Origin: Podarcis liolepis
Lineage: Eukaryota
Assembly: GCA_965112155.1 (NCBI GenBank)
Contig: OZ218099.1
Strand: one strand, 5' to 3'
Length of the DNA: 64,000 nucleotides
In this document: positions 37,613 to 50,125 of the stretch, piece by piece
How the letters are laid out: each line of letters begins with the position of its first letter
Numbering within the stretch: position 1 is the first letter of the stretch
The notes under the pieces: model-generated
What the model was told of the DNA's origin: nothing
Seen by the model: only the letters and a program-made list of their open reading frames with translations
Database searches by the model: none
Program-made: the position numbers and the translations under genes

Positions 37613-40600
37613 ATCTCAGACTTGGAGACTGACAACAGCCCTCCAGACCTCTATATCTGTCTCTTGAAACTTATGAAATACTGCATTTAAAAAATAATAA
37701 TATTTTTTTCTTTGTGTACAACAAAACAAAAAGAAAGAAAGAAACTCTCCCAGGGGGCCCATACCCCTTACCAGTCCTGTTTCATATCCTCATAGCTTCC
37801 TATGTTCCTAGTTTTGGATGGAGGGCAGGTGTGTCAGTGACAAAAGACCCTATAGCAGATAACCACATTCCTTTCTTCACACGTTCTTGAAATAAACTCC
37901 TGAATAGAGTTCTTAAGTATGGATTTAGAGAATTTCTGACCCCAGGCACTATACAAAAGAAGCGTATTCATGAAGCTCAGCTTCACTTTTTCTGGCTTTG
38001 CCATCCATCTGTGGATTTCTAAGACGTTACTATGCTTTTGATGCAGACTCCTTCTCTTCCTGTCCCATTGTTAATGAGCAAAGTCGATGGAAAAGACGAA
38101 CACTACGAACTGTTCTTGGAGGCTTGACGCTCTAGGGTCAGTTTGCTGTACCCTTTTTGATATGTCCTCTTGGGAGAGTTGGATGCTGACTGGCAGTATC
38201 CTTTCTAGCCTGGATAAGTGTTTTGGAAAGCTAAGCTCAGGTTACGCCCTTTCCTCTTCTGACTGGTAATCACATTTCCTTATTTGGTTGTTGCAAAAGG
38301 CAGCAGAAAGACACCGCTGCAGGTCTCTCCATGACACTTATCAAATTGCAGTAGATACATCCGCACAATTGTCATGTGTCTCTGGAAGAACAGAAGCCAG
38401 CTCGGTTTGTATTTTGACCCAACCAATCAATAAGAGCTTTAGTTCAGGCTTTTAAAACCTGGTGTACTCCAAGGTACCATTTGCTGTGCTCTCTGACCCT
38501 GGTTCAATAGTTGGCAAAACATCCTGGGAGGCTGAGTGAGGTTCTGTAAATTGGATGCGAAAGTAATGTGAATGAACTACAGAAATACTTCCCTAATATT
38601 AGTTATATCAGTTGTACCTTGATGGAAAGCATGCCATTTTTTAAAAAAATAGCCTGCCCATATTGACACGAAACATTAGCATTGTTGTAATAAAAACTCT
38701 GCCTTTCAAACCTTTGAAGAACTAACTTTGTGCAGTCTTGGGTATAGGAGCAAGGGTGAAATATATTTGGGATGGCACTACTATTAAGTCTTGATATTTA
38801 TTTATTTTTAAATTTGTTTAATCATTTTTTCAATACAAACATCAACCGCAAAAGACACATACAACAAAAACCATAATAACAATAATAACACAATTTGACA
38901 ATTCAGATTTGAATATACTGATATACCTACAACTGCACCTTTTTAAACAATATTTTCCCACCTCTCTCTCCTCCCCCTTGATACTTGTCATGCCATGGGG
39001 TCTCTAGGTCAGTGATGCCTCCATCTGCACCAACCTGGTTTCTAGGGCTCCCAGTGTTGAAATTAAGATGAACCACGAGTAAACAGTCTCAGTGTAGGAA
39101 GATGGGGCTTCAGTTAGGACACACAGGAAAGGCTGGAATGGGTGGGCAACTGGTGAGGCTCATGGCCTAGCAGAAGGTTTTCTGATCTTGCTGCTGCTGC
39201 TCCTCATGCCCACTGTCACTGTTTATTTGCTTGTCTTTCTTTTCCTTCTAAAGCAGGGCCAGTGTTGACTGCTAGCATGGTTGGCTTCAGGCATTGGCCA
39301 AGGAAGGGGCCCACTGAGAAGAGCCTCCTGGACTCACTGCCATGAGGAGGCAGTAACTGAGAAATGGGGAGGGGGTATGGAGTGTGTGTTACTTAAGGAA
39401 CCTTCAAAACTTGGAGCCAACACTGTTCTGGAGCACAGGGGGTGAACCACCAAGCAGGCAACAAGCAAGAAGAGCAGGAGCAACATCAAGTATCACCTGG
39501 TACTTGTCCACAGCATTTCTTCCTGGCAAATGAGTGGGTGGAAGCCACAGCAATGTAAGCAGAAGAAGGCAGGCAGGCAGGCAGTGACTGCAACAGTGGG
39601 GAGGAGAAGGTGGCCTCACTGAAAGAGGGGACCGATATTGAGACGGGAGCTACTGAGGGCAGCTTGCCCAAAGGAGCTTCATAACCCATCATAGGCATTG
39701 TAGCCAAGTGCAACAAAGAAAAGGAAGGGAAAAGCATATATAATTAACACAGAAAATGATAGATTAAAAATATAAAGAAGCGTTGCACTCTTGAATATAA
39801 AACAACTGGTTAAATGATTGCATTAGTCCCACTGTTTTAGCTTGCAAAATAGCAAAGGGAGCAAAAGATCCACCTTGAAAAGCTTATGATTGCCACAGTC
39901 CTTTTAAAGATGGAAAGAAGAAAAAACAGGAGAAAAGTCCCATTGTAGGTAAGGTGCAATAGTGCTCCCCCACCATTTATAGGGAGAAAATCATGGGAAA
40001 TATTGCACAAAAGCACCCAATGTGGTTGTTTTGTGTTTAGGAATAACCAATTCATATTAAGTATTCTTGAAAAATGATCTTCTTAACTTGGGAAGCAGAT
40101 ACAAGTTCAGACATAAGCCTCTTTTTGCCAAATTTTCCATGGGCTGTATTGATCTACACTAGCTACCAATGAGCATTCAAAGAAATCTTAAATGATTTCA
40201 TAGTCAATTGGATTTCTGGTGGGAGCTGCTGTCCTCAGAGAAATTTCATTTCAATATGACAGTTTTCACAGCACTCTTTCATAAAAATCTGAGCGTGATA
40301 AAACAGGGTGAAAGCTGTATACCTACAGCTCTGTATTTTCCTTAGATGTGCATCAGTACCCAAATGCAATCACTAATTTTACTAGGGAATAACCCATCCA
40401 GATATGGGCCTTGAACGTATTTAAATAGTGTCTAAGTGGACTGCCTTGAGTGATGTAAACAGAATTTGAGTACATCTATTTGAATGCCATATGCCTGTTC
40501 AGTTTTGTTTGCTTTTTCCAAATGGTCTTGTATTTGCATGAATATCGGTTCAAATGAGAGAGAGAGTTCAAATTTTCTAACATGAAAATTATATTTTTAA

Positions 40601-41129
40601 TTGTCATTTCTGTATATGAAATGCAAACAAACAACCACTCACAGAAAAGAAAATGTGAATTTGTATGAACTTGGTCTTTTTGAAAGAACAAACAAAATAA
40701 AAAACAAAAAGTTAGATTGCAGCCAATAAGAGAATATAACCTTTGACTTCAGCGAGTTTATGATCAACTGAAGGGGTTGCAAAGCAAATCACCAAAAGAA
40801 TCCTTATCAAAATTATTCATTGAATAGTTATGAATAATGGATATATTTGCAAGAATGAGGATCAGGTCACAATAACTGATGCAGAGTGGAAAGGGTTCAG
40901 TGAGCTGGATAATTTATTTGCAATGATTCATTGTGTAAGCTATGGCAAGGAATTAATGGCATTGACTGAAAAGTGAAATTAAGGGGCTCTGTATAGGTTC
41001 GGTCCTTTGGTTGGTGGTGAGAAGAGGACCCTATACTAAGGCTAGCTATTTGTGATCAGATGGGTGTCTGGCTGATCTTCTTCCATGGCAGGAAGTGATG
41101 GGAGAAGCAACTTCTGTGGTTGGGAAGGA

Positions 41130-41210
41130 ATCATTGAATCGTAGAATTGTAGAGTTGGAAGGGTCACCCACAGGTCCTCAAGTCCAACCCCCTGCAATAC
41201 AGGAATCTCA
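41130..41210 (-). mobile_element. CR1 3' terminal fragment
   Basis: GAATCGTAGAATTGTAGAGTTGGAAGGG...GTCCAACCCCCTGC. Confidence 0.75.
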
Positions 41211-41338
41211 GCTAAGGAACTATGAGGGAGGCATATATTGGGCTTTGAATGTGGAAGGTTCCAAGATCAACCCCTAATATTACCCAGTAGAACATGTTGG
41301 GGCATACTGAAATGTCAGAGACCCTAGAGTGTGTAGGT

Positions 41339-41524
41339 CAGGGGTAGTCAACCCTTTTATACCTATCGCCCACTAATCCATCTTTCTGGATGGTAAAATT
41401 CCCTTATTGCCCACCAGCGCTCAATGGAAGGAGGATTCAGCTTGTACCATAGAACCCCCTACTGCCCACCTAGAATCTTGAAACGCCCACTAGTGGGTGG
41501 TAGGGACCAGGTTGACAACCCCTG
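41339..41524. mobile_element. hAT MITE (186 bp)
   Basis: CAGGGGTAGTCAACC...GGTTGACAACCCCTG; perfect 8-bp TSD GTGTAGGT; inserted into an older SINE. Confidence 0.92.
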
Positions 41525-44392
41525 GTGTAGGTAATACTGAGCTAGAAGTACAAATGGTCTGTCTCAGTGTAAAGCAGTTTCCTACATTCCTACGAGTAGG
41601 AGAACCCATGTCTTTCTTGCAGAGGGTCTTCGGTTCAATCCCTACTGCAACCATTGTAAAAAGCATAAGGTAGTAAGTGATGAAAAAGATCTCTGCCTTA
41701 GACTCTGGAGACAGTCTGAGTAGACAATCCTAAACTAGATGCACAAATAGCTTACCGTGACATAAGGCAGCTGTGTATGTTCTACAATGGACTCTTAATT
41801 CGGCCCATGAGGCTGTGTCCCCTAACTTTTCGGAATAAAGCACTGTGTGTGATTGTAGGTTTTCTGTTAGCAGCAAACCAAGGCTCCTGTGGTTAGCAAG
41901 GAACAATTTATTTGCTTACCAAAAAAAAAAAAAAAAAGTACAGAAGGCTCCAGGCGAAATCTCAAATACGTGCTATCTAACTTAAATGTCTGTCTCAAAC
42001 TTCTACTTGGGTATAACTCGAGTCCTCCACATTCAGTGTTCAAATTGGACAATAGAGTGCTGGCAAAAAAAGAAGATTGTATATGGACAAGTGATGAAAA
42101 CCTGTAGTATATTATTAAGCAGAATGATACCTTCTCCACCAACCAGTAAGCTTGTAAAAGGCTGCACTATACAGTGCAAAATGTGTGTATCAGTGGAAAA
42201 ACAGAAATTAAGCACTGTGATGCAAATGTTTCAATTTATGACAGTGGTTAAAACAACAGAAGTTTGAGGATATGGGGAAAACCAGTAAAAGTCTCTTGGT
42301 GATCACAGTAAATGGAGAGTGATTTGAGAAGCCCTTTCTGGAGCTGGGGAAATGGACCTCATCTTTTTGTTTGCCTGTTTTCTTTTTAGTCTGTTTCAAT
42401 GTGCAGAGGATTAAGCTGTGAGGCTAGATAATGTCCTGTGCATAATAATTACTAGGACACAAGACATGTTGAAATCAATGGGGTGTAGGCCAGGTCTAGA
42501 CATTATGCTCATCTGGTGGTGCTTGAAGTTGTCGAGCAATGTCTTTGGTCATTTGTGATGTGTATAACATGCAGTTGGCATACTGAGTCTCTTACTCCCC
42601 AACCATAAAAGTCACCTCAGAAATTCTGTCACAATTTGGCAGGCTGGCCTGCCCACGTGGTAAGTGTAATATTTACATGAAGTTCACATGGGATAGTGCT
42701 TGGGCTGAAGGTGGTTTGTCCACGAAAGCTATTTGTATGTCAGAGGATCTGATGGGGAATACGCAGCCCTCTTTTTCCATAGTTATTTGTCAAAGTACTG
42801 ACACAAAAGGAGTCATTAGACAGCTTGAGTCCTAATAATGAATTCAAAATAATGTGTGAGGGCTTAAACTTGGGGTGGGAAACCTTTTTCAGCCTGAGGC
42901 CAGTGACCAGAGGCAAAAGCAGACAGAGCAATGAATGTAAAAATAGCCCTTGTAGGTTAGGGCTCTTTCTGCAGACACTTGCACACCCCTCTCTATTCTC
43001 ATCCTGGGAACAAAATACATTATCAGAATTCAAGGGCCCATTTCACGCAAGGAAATTACCAAGAAGAGCAGCAGAGGGAAATGGCTTGGGGGGAAAGGGA
43101 TGCATGATTTGGAAGGGGATGTGGTGTGCAGAGAGTCCCAGTGGTATGAGGTTCCCCAGCCCTGAGGTATAGGCAGTGGCCATGCCTGGGAAGAGGCAAT
43201 GCCCTCCTCTAAACTGGGTTCCTGCTTTTCCCCAGCCTTCTTGCATTGAGTGGAAAGGTCAGACGAGGGCTTTTAAGCACATTTGACTAAACTTGCTTAC
43301 AAGCCTGCTTGCAGTCAGCAACCCCAGTGATGCAGGATTCTCAACAGCAGGGCAGTTTAAAAGTGTGTTCACCAAACACATTTACAAGACTCCTTCAGGC
43401 TTTCCCACTCAGTTCAGGGAGGTCAGGGATGAAGCAAGCTTGCTTCTTCACCCTATTTTTAAGCCCTCACACATTATTTTGAATGCTTGGATAGCGATAG
43501 AGAGGGGGAAAAGATGTGGCTGTTTCTTTAAAAGGAAGAATGAAGGGGGTGGTTTTCCTGGGACATGGCTCCGAAAACCATGGCTGGCCCTAGTAGATCA
43601 GGACAGTTGTGCATAACAAGCTATGTGGGGTGTTGTAAAACTGCAGATCCGATCATCGCTCTGAGCTATTTCTCCTAGGACTAATGTGTTAATGAAACTT
43701 CTTTTTAAAAGATAAAATAAAAGGTTACTATTCAAAGATGTTTATGAAAGATGCTCCTTCGACTTTGTGCATAATTAATGGTTTGTGTGAATAAACACAA
43801 CTGTTCAGACTTGAGTTTAGCTGTCTTTCTGTCTTTGTAGAAAAGTAACCTTTAAAGTAGATGCCTGCCATTATAATGGCATAAATGTGTTCCCTGGAAT
43901 CATAATTGTTGCCTATCGCCCCTCTCTGTGGGAACAACACCCACCAACGGTAAGGCTTTTCACCTTGTTACACTGAAATCTGTTTTCAGTTCTCTGCATC
44001 TTGAATCCAGTGCTGTGACATCAGCTACCTAGACTGTACTAGACTGATAAGAGACTAGTTTTGAAAGTGATGTTGGTGAGGGAGATAGCGGAACAGCAGC
44101 TGTCTTCACCTTTTTCTGTATCACCAAAACAATCCCTCTGCATCTCCTCCTCACTGGTGGGGACTATGGACATGAGAAACAGGTAAAGCATTTAACTCAG
44201 GAATAGGGAACCTGTGGCCCTCCAGATGTTTTAAAGCTCCAGTTCTCATCAGCTTCAGCCTTCAAGGCCAATGGTCATTCAGCAACATCTGGAGGATATT
44301 ATACTTTCTGATCTCATGAAATGAATGTGAGGATGGCCCTGCCTTCCTCCATCACATTCCTGAACAGATACTTAATATTCCCTTTCCAGTTT

Positions 44393-44582
44393 GAGGAAGA
44401 GCCACAGCTCAGAGACAGAGCATCTGCTTTGGGTGAAAACTCAGGTTCAATCCCAAGCATCTCCAGGTAGGCCCAGCAAAACCCCCAGTCTGAAACCCCA
44501 GAGAGCCCCGGCCAGTCAGTGTTGACAATACGAAGCTAGGCAGACGAATGGTCTCAGTATAAGGCAGCTTCCTCTGCTCCTA
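44393..44582 (+). mobile_element. tRNA-derived SINE (Squam2-like)
   Basis: AGCTCAG..AGAGCATCTGCTTTG..CAGGTTCAATCCC head and GACAATAC.AGCTAG..ATGGTCT..AGTATAAGGCAGCTTCCT tail. Decayed relatives at ~41230-41592, ~41600-41785 and (minus) ~6110-6240. Confidence 0.7.
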
Positions 44583-45958
44583 GGTTACCAGTGCCATCAC
44601 CTTCTGTGTGTTGGGAAGGGAACGTCTATAGCGAGGAACCTTCTCAGCTGATGCAGGCTCCTCATGCAGTTCAGGTCCCTGGAAGATCATGTTTCAATAC
44701 ACTACTAAAAACCACAAGTATAGCAGGAATCTTGCTGTAGTTGCTTCCTTTCCCACACATGAAAGGCGATGAAGTTAGAAACATGGTAGAGATGGAGTGT
44801 GTGTATCCAATGGCCTAGTCTCTACCCCCCCCCAAAAAAAACCCCCACCAACCACTGGCAGAGAGTGGAGCAACTTGCAAATCCTACCCTGCCTCTCTGC
44901 CTTCAGTTACCTCCTCCTTATCCCTGAGGATGCTTACTTGCCAGGGCAGTTCTCCAGCAATGGTCCTGCTTTGTTGCCACTTACTTTCTCCTTGGCCTCT
45001 GATGTTGCTGAGGTCCAAAAGGTGGGCAGATGCAGAGTAGTTGCTGGGGAGCTGCCCTGGCCCATCCTAGATGTTCACCTGCAGCTCGTCTGGGCCTGCC
45101 ACCCACTACTTAGTACCTGCCCCCCAGTTCTGCTTGCTCATTCACCTGCCTGTTCTTCTGTCATTCTGCAGTTCCCATGGCCACCTACTGGCAGCCACAC
45201 AAACTGCAGTATGATAACATTTGTTTTTTTCTTACAAAAATATGGTAGAGATATAGAAATACATTTTTTTTGCACCTCCTGCTTTTTCATATTCATTCCT
45301 GCATCTGCAAAACCTGGAAAAAGTAATCTGTAACTTAGCCCTGAGTATCAGAGTTCAGAAAGAGATATGATGAATCAGGACTATCAGCATTATCCAGACA
45401 AGAGTGAGATAATGTTTAGTAGAGATAAGAAAGTAAAAGTGCCCTACATAGGATATTACTTACTAAAGTATCATGGCCAGATGGTGATAGAGTTGACTTT
45501 CACATAACATTCAGATGGAAATTAATCCTGATTTGAGATGAGATTCATAAATATTCTTTAGAGACAGAAGAAATGCTTTCTTTTAATTAATCTACATTTC
45601 TTCTTTCTTGAAACAAGGTGCAGCATCAAAAGACTGTATCTACAAACTGTATGATTAACTTTATTCTTCCTCAAAAATTACAGCTATTAGTTTGAGGGGA
45701 GAGTGTCTGTTCTACCTTTTATAAATTTCATTTACACATAATTTTTTTCCAAGCTCAGACACAGCCTTGACAGATGGCATCCACTATTTAATGAATATGA
45801 TAGACTATTACAAATGGAACACAAGTGCAAAAGGGGAACTGACAAAAAAGAAAAAAATGCCTTTAAAAACAGGACGTAAGAGTATGATTAAGCTAAAGAC
45901 AGCCACTTTTGTGGAAATTATTCAGAGCAGCCATTTAACATATTTTTGAACCCACTGT

Positions 45959-46036
45959 TAGAATCATAGAATCATAGAATCATAGAGTTGGAAGAGACCA
46001 CAAGGGCCATCGAGTCCAACCCCCTGCCAAGCAAGG
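45959..46036 (-). mobile_element. CR1 3' terminal fragment
   Basis: (TAGAATCA)3 tail followed by GAGTTGGAAGAGACC...GTCCAACCCCCTGCC. Confidence 0.85.
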
Positions 46037-48802
46037 GTTGTGCAGAAATTCTATTGGATTCACTAAACTTTTTTTTAACCAGAAAATGAACTTCATACCT
46101 GCCTTGAGTTTTGCTTCAGATGAAATCCAATTTTGTATGAAACTCCTCACTCCCAAACTAAAACCAAGCAAGCAAGCAAAAACCTCAGGTATTCTTTTTC
46201 TGAATAGAACCACCAAATTTGGGTTGATTTTTAAATGATTGTTATTTAGGCCCATTTAATCCCTCACATTTCCTATATCTAAATCTGCCTGGCAACAGTA
46301 TCTGCCACTGGCCTTCTCTATGCTGAGCCATTCATTTCCATGGAAACACAGTCTGGATAGAAAGGCCATAGAAGTAACCTCTGGCTTGAGGCATGGATGA
46401 TTTGGCCACCATCTCCTGTCATGATATTCGAAATGCTGTCTAGTCTGTTATCCGTCTACCCCAGTGTTGTTGAGGTTGGCTGCTTGTGCCATGGATAACT
46501 GTGGGGAAAAGATCCTGGATGAGAGAAAGGATGGGTGAATGGGTGAAGCTAGCAGCTTTGTTTCTACATCTGCCTCCCACACTTCTTCTTCATACAGTAC
46601 ATCTGTTGCTGAGAGATATATAGGGGGTAGGCTTGTACATTCCTTTTGTTACTTTGGCAACTAGCCGGTGGGTGGATAGGATTTGCAGCACTGATTATGT
46701 TCCTCTTGTCTTACTTTGTGGGTATAGTAGACAGTGGTGGGGGTTTGTTGGGGTACAGTTCAGTTCTCCTCTGTGCCCAGTTATTTACCTCCTTATTGAG
46801 TTGCCTGTGTATTTGGGCTTAGAGATATATGGCACACTGACCCCTGAAAGAGAGTCCACTGTGTTAATTCCACCAATCAGTGTTACTTGCTTGCTCCAAA
46901 ATACCTTAATACAATGAGTAACACATTCTATAAATCCATGCAAACAAATGTAAATATTTTCTAATTGTCTTTGTATAATTTAAATCGACTGATGAATGCT
47001 CAATTAGATAGTTTGTTCTGAACTAAAAGAACCCCAATGAGATTGAATATGATGAACTGTTGACTATCCTAATTTTATAATATTAATAAAATATGACTAA
47101 AAATGTAGGAAGGTTAGTGTTTCTGATTTGAAGAACACAAAAGCATGAGGGGGAAAAACGTCCAACGCTGAACATACATATTTAAATTTGTCTGGAGGGT
47201 TTTTGTCAAATTGCCCTGCTGTTCTGTGTAAAAAGCTGTGAATCACCATGGAAACCAATTATTAGTTCCTCATACCATCTCCATATTCAATGAACACCAG
47301 ACCCATCCTATTCTCCATTTTAATTATTGTATGACAAAGTCTACATAATTATTTTCAAAATTTTATTTAACAAGATTTGAAATTACTGTATATAAAGATC
47401 CAATTACTTTCCTAATACATTATTGTTGCTTCTGGTATCTGGGAGATAGCTAAAACATGTCAGGTGGGGGGGGGGGGGGAGAAGTCTCAGGCCAATTACA
47501 TTAGCCACTTTTTATAGCTTGCAATAGCCCAAGGTGGTACAGAAGTTTGACAAACATTCTCATCGATTTCCCCACACACATCTGTTTCCTAAGTAACTTT
47601 TAAAAGTTGAGACATTGTTACTAGAGTTTGTCACATCCCTGCCCTTCTAGATTTTGTCTTTTTTCTAGATAGAAATACAAAATATCATCTTCAACCCTGT
47701 AGATCTTCTTGAGGCCTGGCAGTAGGTAACCAATGGAGGAAGGTTTCCATTGCCCCAATCTTGAAAAACTGTATATTGAGCTAGGTATGAAGAGTGGGGG
47801 AAAGAGATCATATTCCTTAAGAGCCACACTAAAAGTCTCATAGCAACTGCAGGTGTTGGGATGGATCTAATTAGCACCAGAACATTTGAAAGGGGAACAA
47901 GTTCACGCTTTTCCACTGTGCTGTTTTTTTTTTTTTGATTAAAATTGTACACAGAGCCTGCCAAAGCTGCTATTTTCACTAAATGGTAAAACAGACGAGT
48001 ACCCATATGGAACCAGTATGTCTGTTCCTGTGGGACAAACTGTAGCTTCCTAAGGGGGAAGATTCAGTTGAGCATGGGAAGAGTTCATTTCCTTTGGGGC
48101 TCTCTGCAGCTCCTATTAAACTTAAAAAATAAAACAAAATAGTAGCAAGATCCAGTCATGGATCTCCCAGTGCCCTGCCTAGCAATTTTGTGAATGTTTA
48201 GTTAGAAGTAAAAGCCTCTCTATTGAAAGCATTAAACAGTAAAGATAAGCATGCATAGGATTTTAGGCTAAAAAACAAAAAAAGTATTGTAGTCCACTTA
48301 CATTGGCCATGGTGGAAAGTAGGAACAATCTGGTTTTATTTTAAACCTGGTTGCTGCACTAGTTCCAGGCACTGAAACCAGGAGAAGATTAAGCCCAGTG
48401 CTGAGACTGGCTAGGAATCCAATTAATCTGGGCTAGCGGACAGCTCTCCCATGACCTTTCCATCCACCTAGACATTTGGTGGCAGCAGAAAGCCAGCTCA
48501 CTTGGAGAAGATAGGTAGAGGGACCCCTGTTCCTAATCTAACCCCACATTATCTGGGAACTCCCTGTGGGTGGATTTCTCATCTGATCATGCATTTATCC
48601 ATCTTTTGATCTGGTTTGCCTTTAAAACACTGTGGGGGAAATATTGGGGTTCAAATCTGGGCCGCCTGGAACAGATGGTAGAAATCCACACACCAATTGT
48701 CAGTCAAACAGGACATTTATTTAGGCCATTGCAACACAACCTCAGCCAGCAAGTAGTCGAGGGCTGGCCCACCGAATATGAAAGCAGCACAAGCATTTAT
48801 AC

Positions 48803-48938
48803 CAGGCATAGGCAAACTCGGCCCTCCTGATGTTTTGAGACTACAACACCCATCATCCCTGACCACTGGTCCTGTTAGCTAGGGGTGATGGGAGCTGTAG
48901 TCCCAAAACATCTGGAGGGACAAGTTGGCCTATGCCTG
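48803..48938. mobile_element. hAT MITE (136 bp)
   Basis: CAGGCATAGGC...GCCTATGCCTG; 8-bp TSD ATTTATA(C/G). Confidence 0.9.
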
Positions 48939-49211
48939 ATTTATAGACTTACAAGCAAAGGGGCAGTTATGTCCATATACGGCAGTACTTCCTTCTACTA
49001 GCTTGATCACATGGCACAACAACTTCCTAGCTTTCCCTCCCTCCTTTGTCCTCAATGGTTATAGCTCCTGATCATGTGTCCTTGTGTCCATCTCTCATTG
49101 TTCTCTTGCAAACACAATGGGAGAACGGGCCATTTCCAGGGTGGCTCCCCGCTTGTGGAATGTTCTCCCCAGGGAGGCTCAATGGGTGCCTTCATTACAT
49201 ATCTTTAGGCA

Positions 49212-49414
49212 CAATGTTCATAATTTCTCCAATAACGCCACAGATGGCTTTACAGTGTGTTTATTCCATATAGTTACATTATTTTTACTTTTATATACAA
49301 CCCTTCGATATATTCCCAGGGCTGTATACAAATTGTATACAAATTGTAAAACAATTTAAATGTAAATACAAAATTAATTAATTATTTCTAGAGAGCCACA
49401 AAATCATAAAAGCA

Positions 49415-49448
<34 letters not shown>

Positions 49449-49468
49449 ACCTTTCAGCAGGACTGAAA
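49212..49468 (+). repeat. Copy 1 of ~257-bp flank duplication (left of copia)
   Basis: CAATGTTCATAATTTC...(GT)15...CAGGACTGAAA matches 54704-54962 except for the GT repeat count. Confidence 0.95.
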
Positions 49469-49854
49469 TGTTAGGATATTTCCGTTCCACCTTAACAGGG
49501 AGCAGGCTTTGGGAGACACAGAGTCTGCGCATGTCCTGATTCACAGGATGTTTATGTTTCTGCTTGTTGTTTCCTTTCGTTTTCAGTCGGCTCAGACACG
49601 CTGACAGAATGGACGTGTTTTCTTTTGTTCTGTTAAACGCTAAATAAAGTCTGTAAATTATGTTCTTCTGTGATGCAAGCTTTTGGCTGTATTTCTGCTG
49701 AAAGAGGGTGCACCAGCCTAGGAATGTGGCTAGGAATTTCTAAGGCTTTGTGCCCCTAACTGTTGGATCTGCGTGACTACGGGAGGCCGATGGAATCTCC
49801 GAGCTCCGGCTTGGGGGCCATGATGGACGTTATCTCCCTGGCAGTTTCCCAACA
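49469..49854 (+). repeat. Copia 5' LTR (~386 bp)
   Basis: Starts TGTTAGG and ends CCCAACA (imperfect terminal inverted repeat); AATAAA at 49643-49648. The end could alternatively be 49857 because of AACAACA. Confidence 0.95.
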
Positions 49855-49858
49855 ACAA

Positions 49859-49872
49859 GGTTTCGGGCCCAG
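49859..49872 (+). promoter_or_regulatory. Primer-binding site, half-tRNA-iMet (Drosophila copia/hemivirus) type, 2 mismatches
   Basis: GGTTTCGGGCCCAG just after the 5' LTR, versus the canonical copia PBS GGTTATGGGCCCAG, which pairs with the anticodon arm of initiator tRNA-Met. Confidence 0.75.
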
Positions 49873-50125
49873 ATTCACGGCACCTACAGGAGAGTAAAGC
49901 TGCAACAGACTGCGTTTAAGAGGTACGGTGGGAAAAGCGAAAGAAATGAGGGAGGCTTTTGGCTTTTCTGTTTACCTCTCCGGCAAGGCTTAATTGGCCT
50001 GGGAGCTGAGCCAAAAAGGCTTCGTGATTAATGAGCTGCCAAGATAAGGAGTCTTTGAAGGCATAGGGCTCAGGGCTCAAGTAAAAAGCTGAGATGGATC
50101 TTTTACAGACCTCAGAAACTGCTCC

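Noticed and set aside
44797-45333. 178-aa ORF
   Set aside because: GTG start, no recognisable domain, no splice or codon-bias support.
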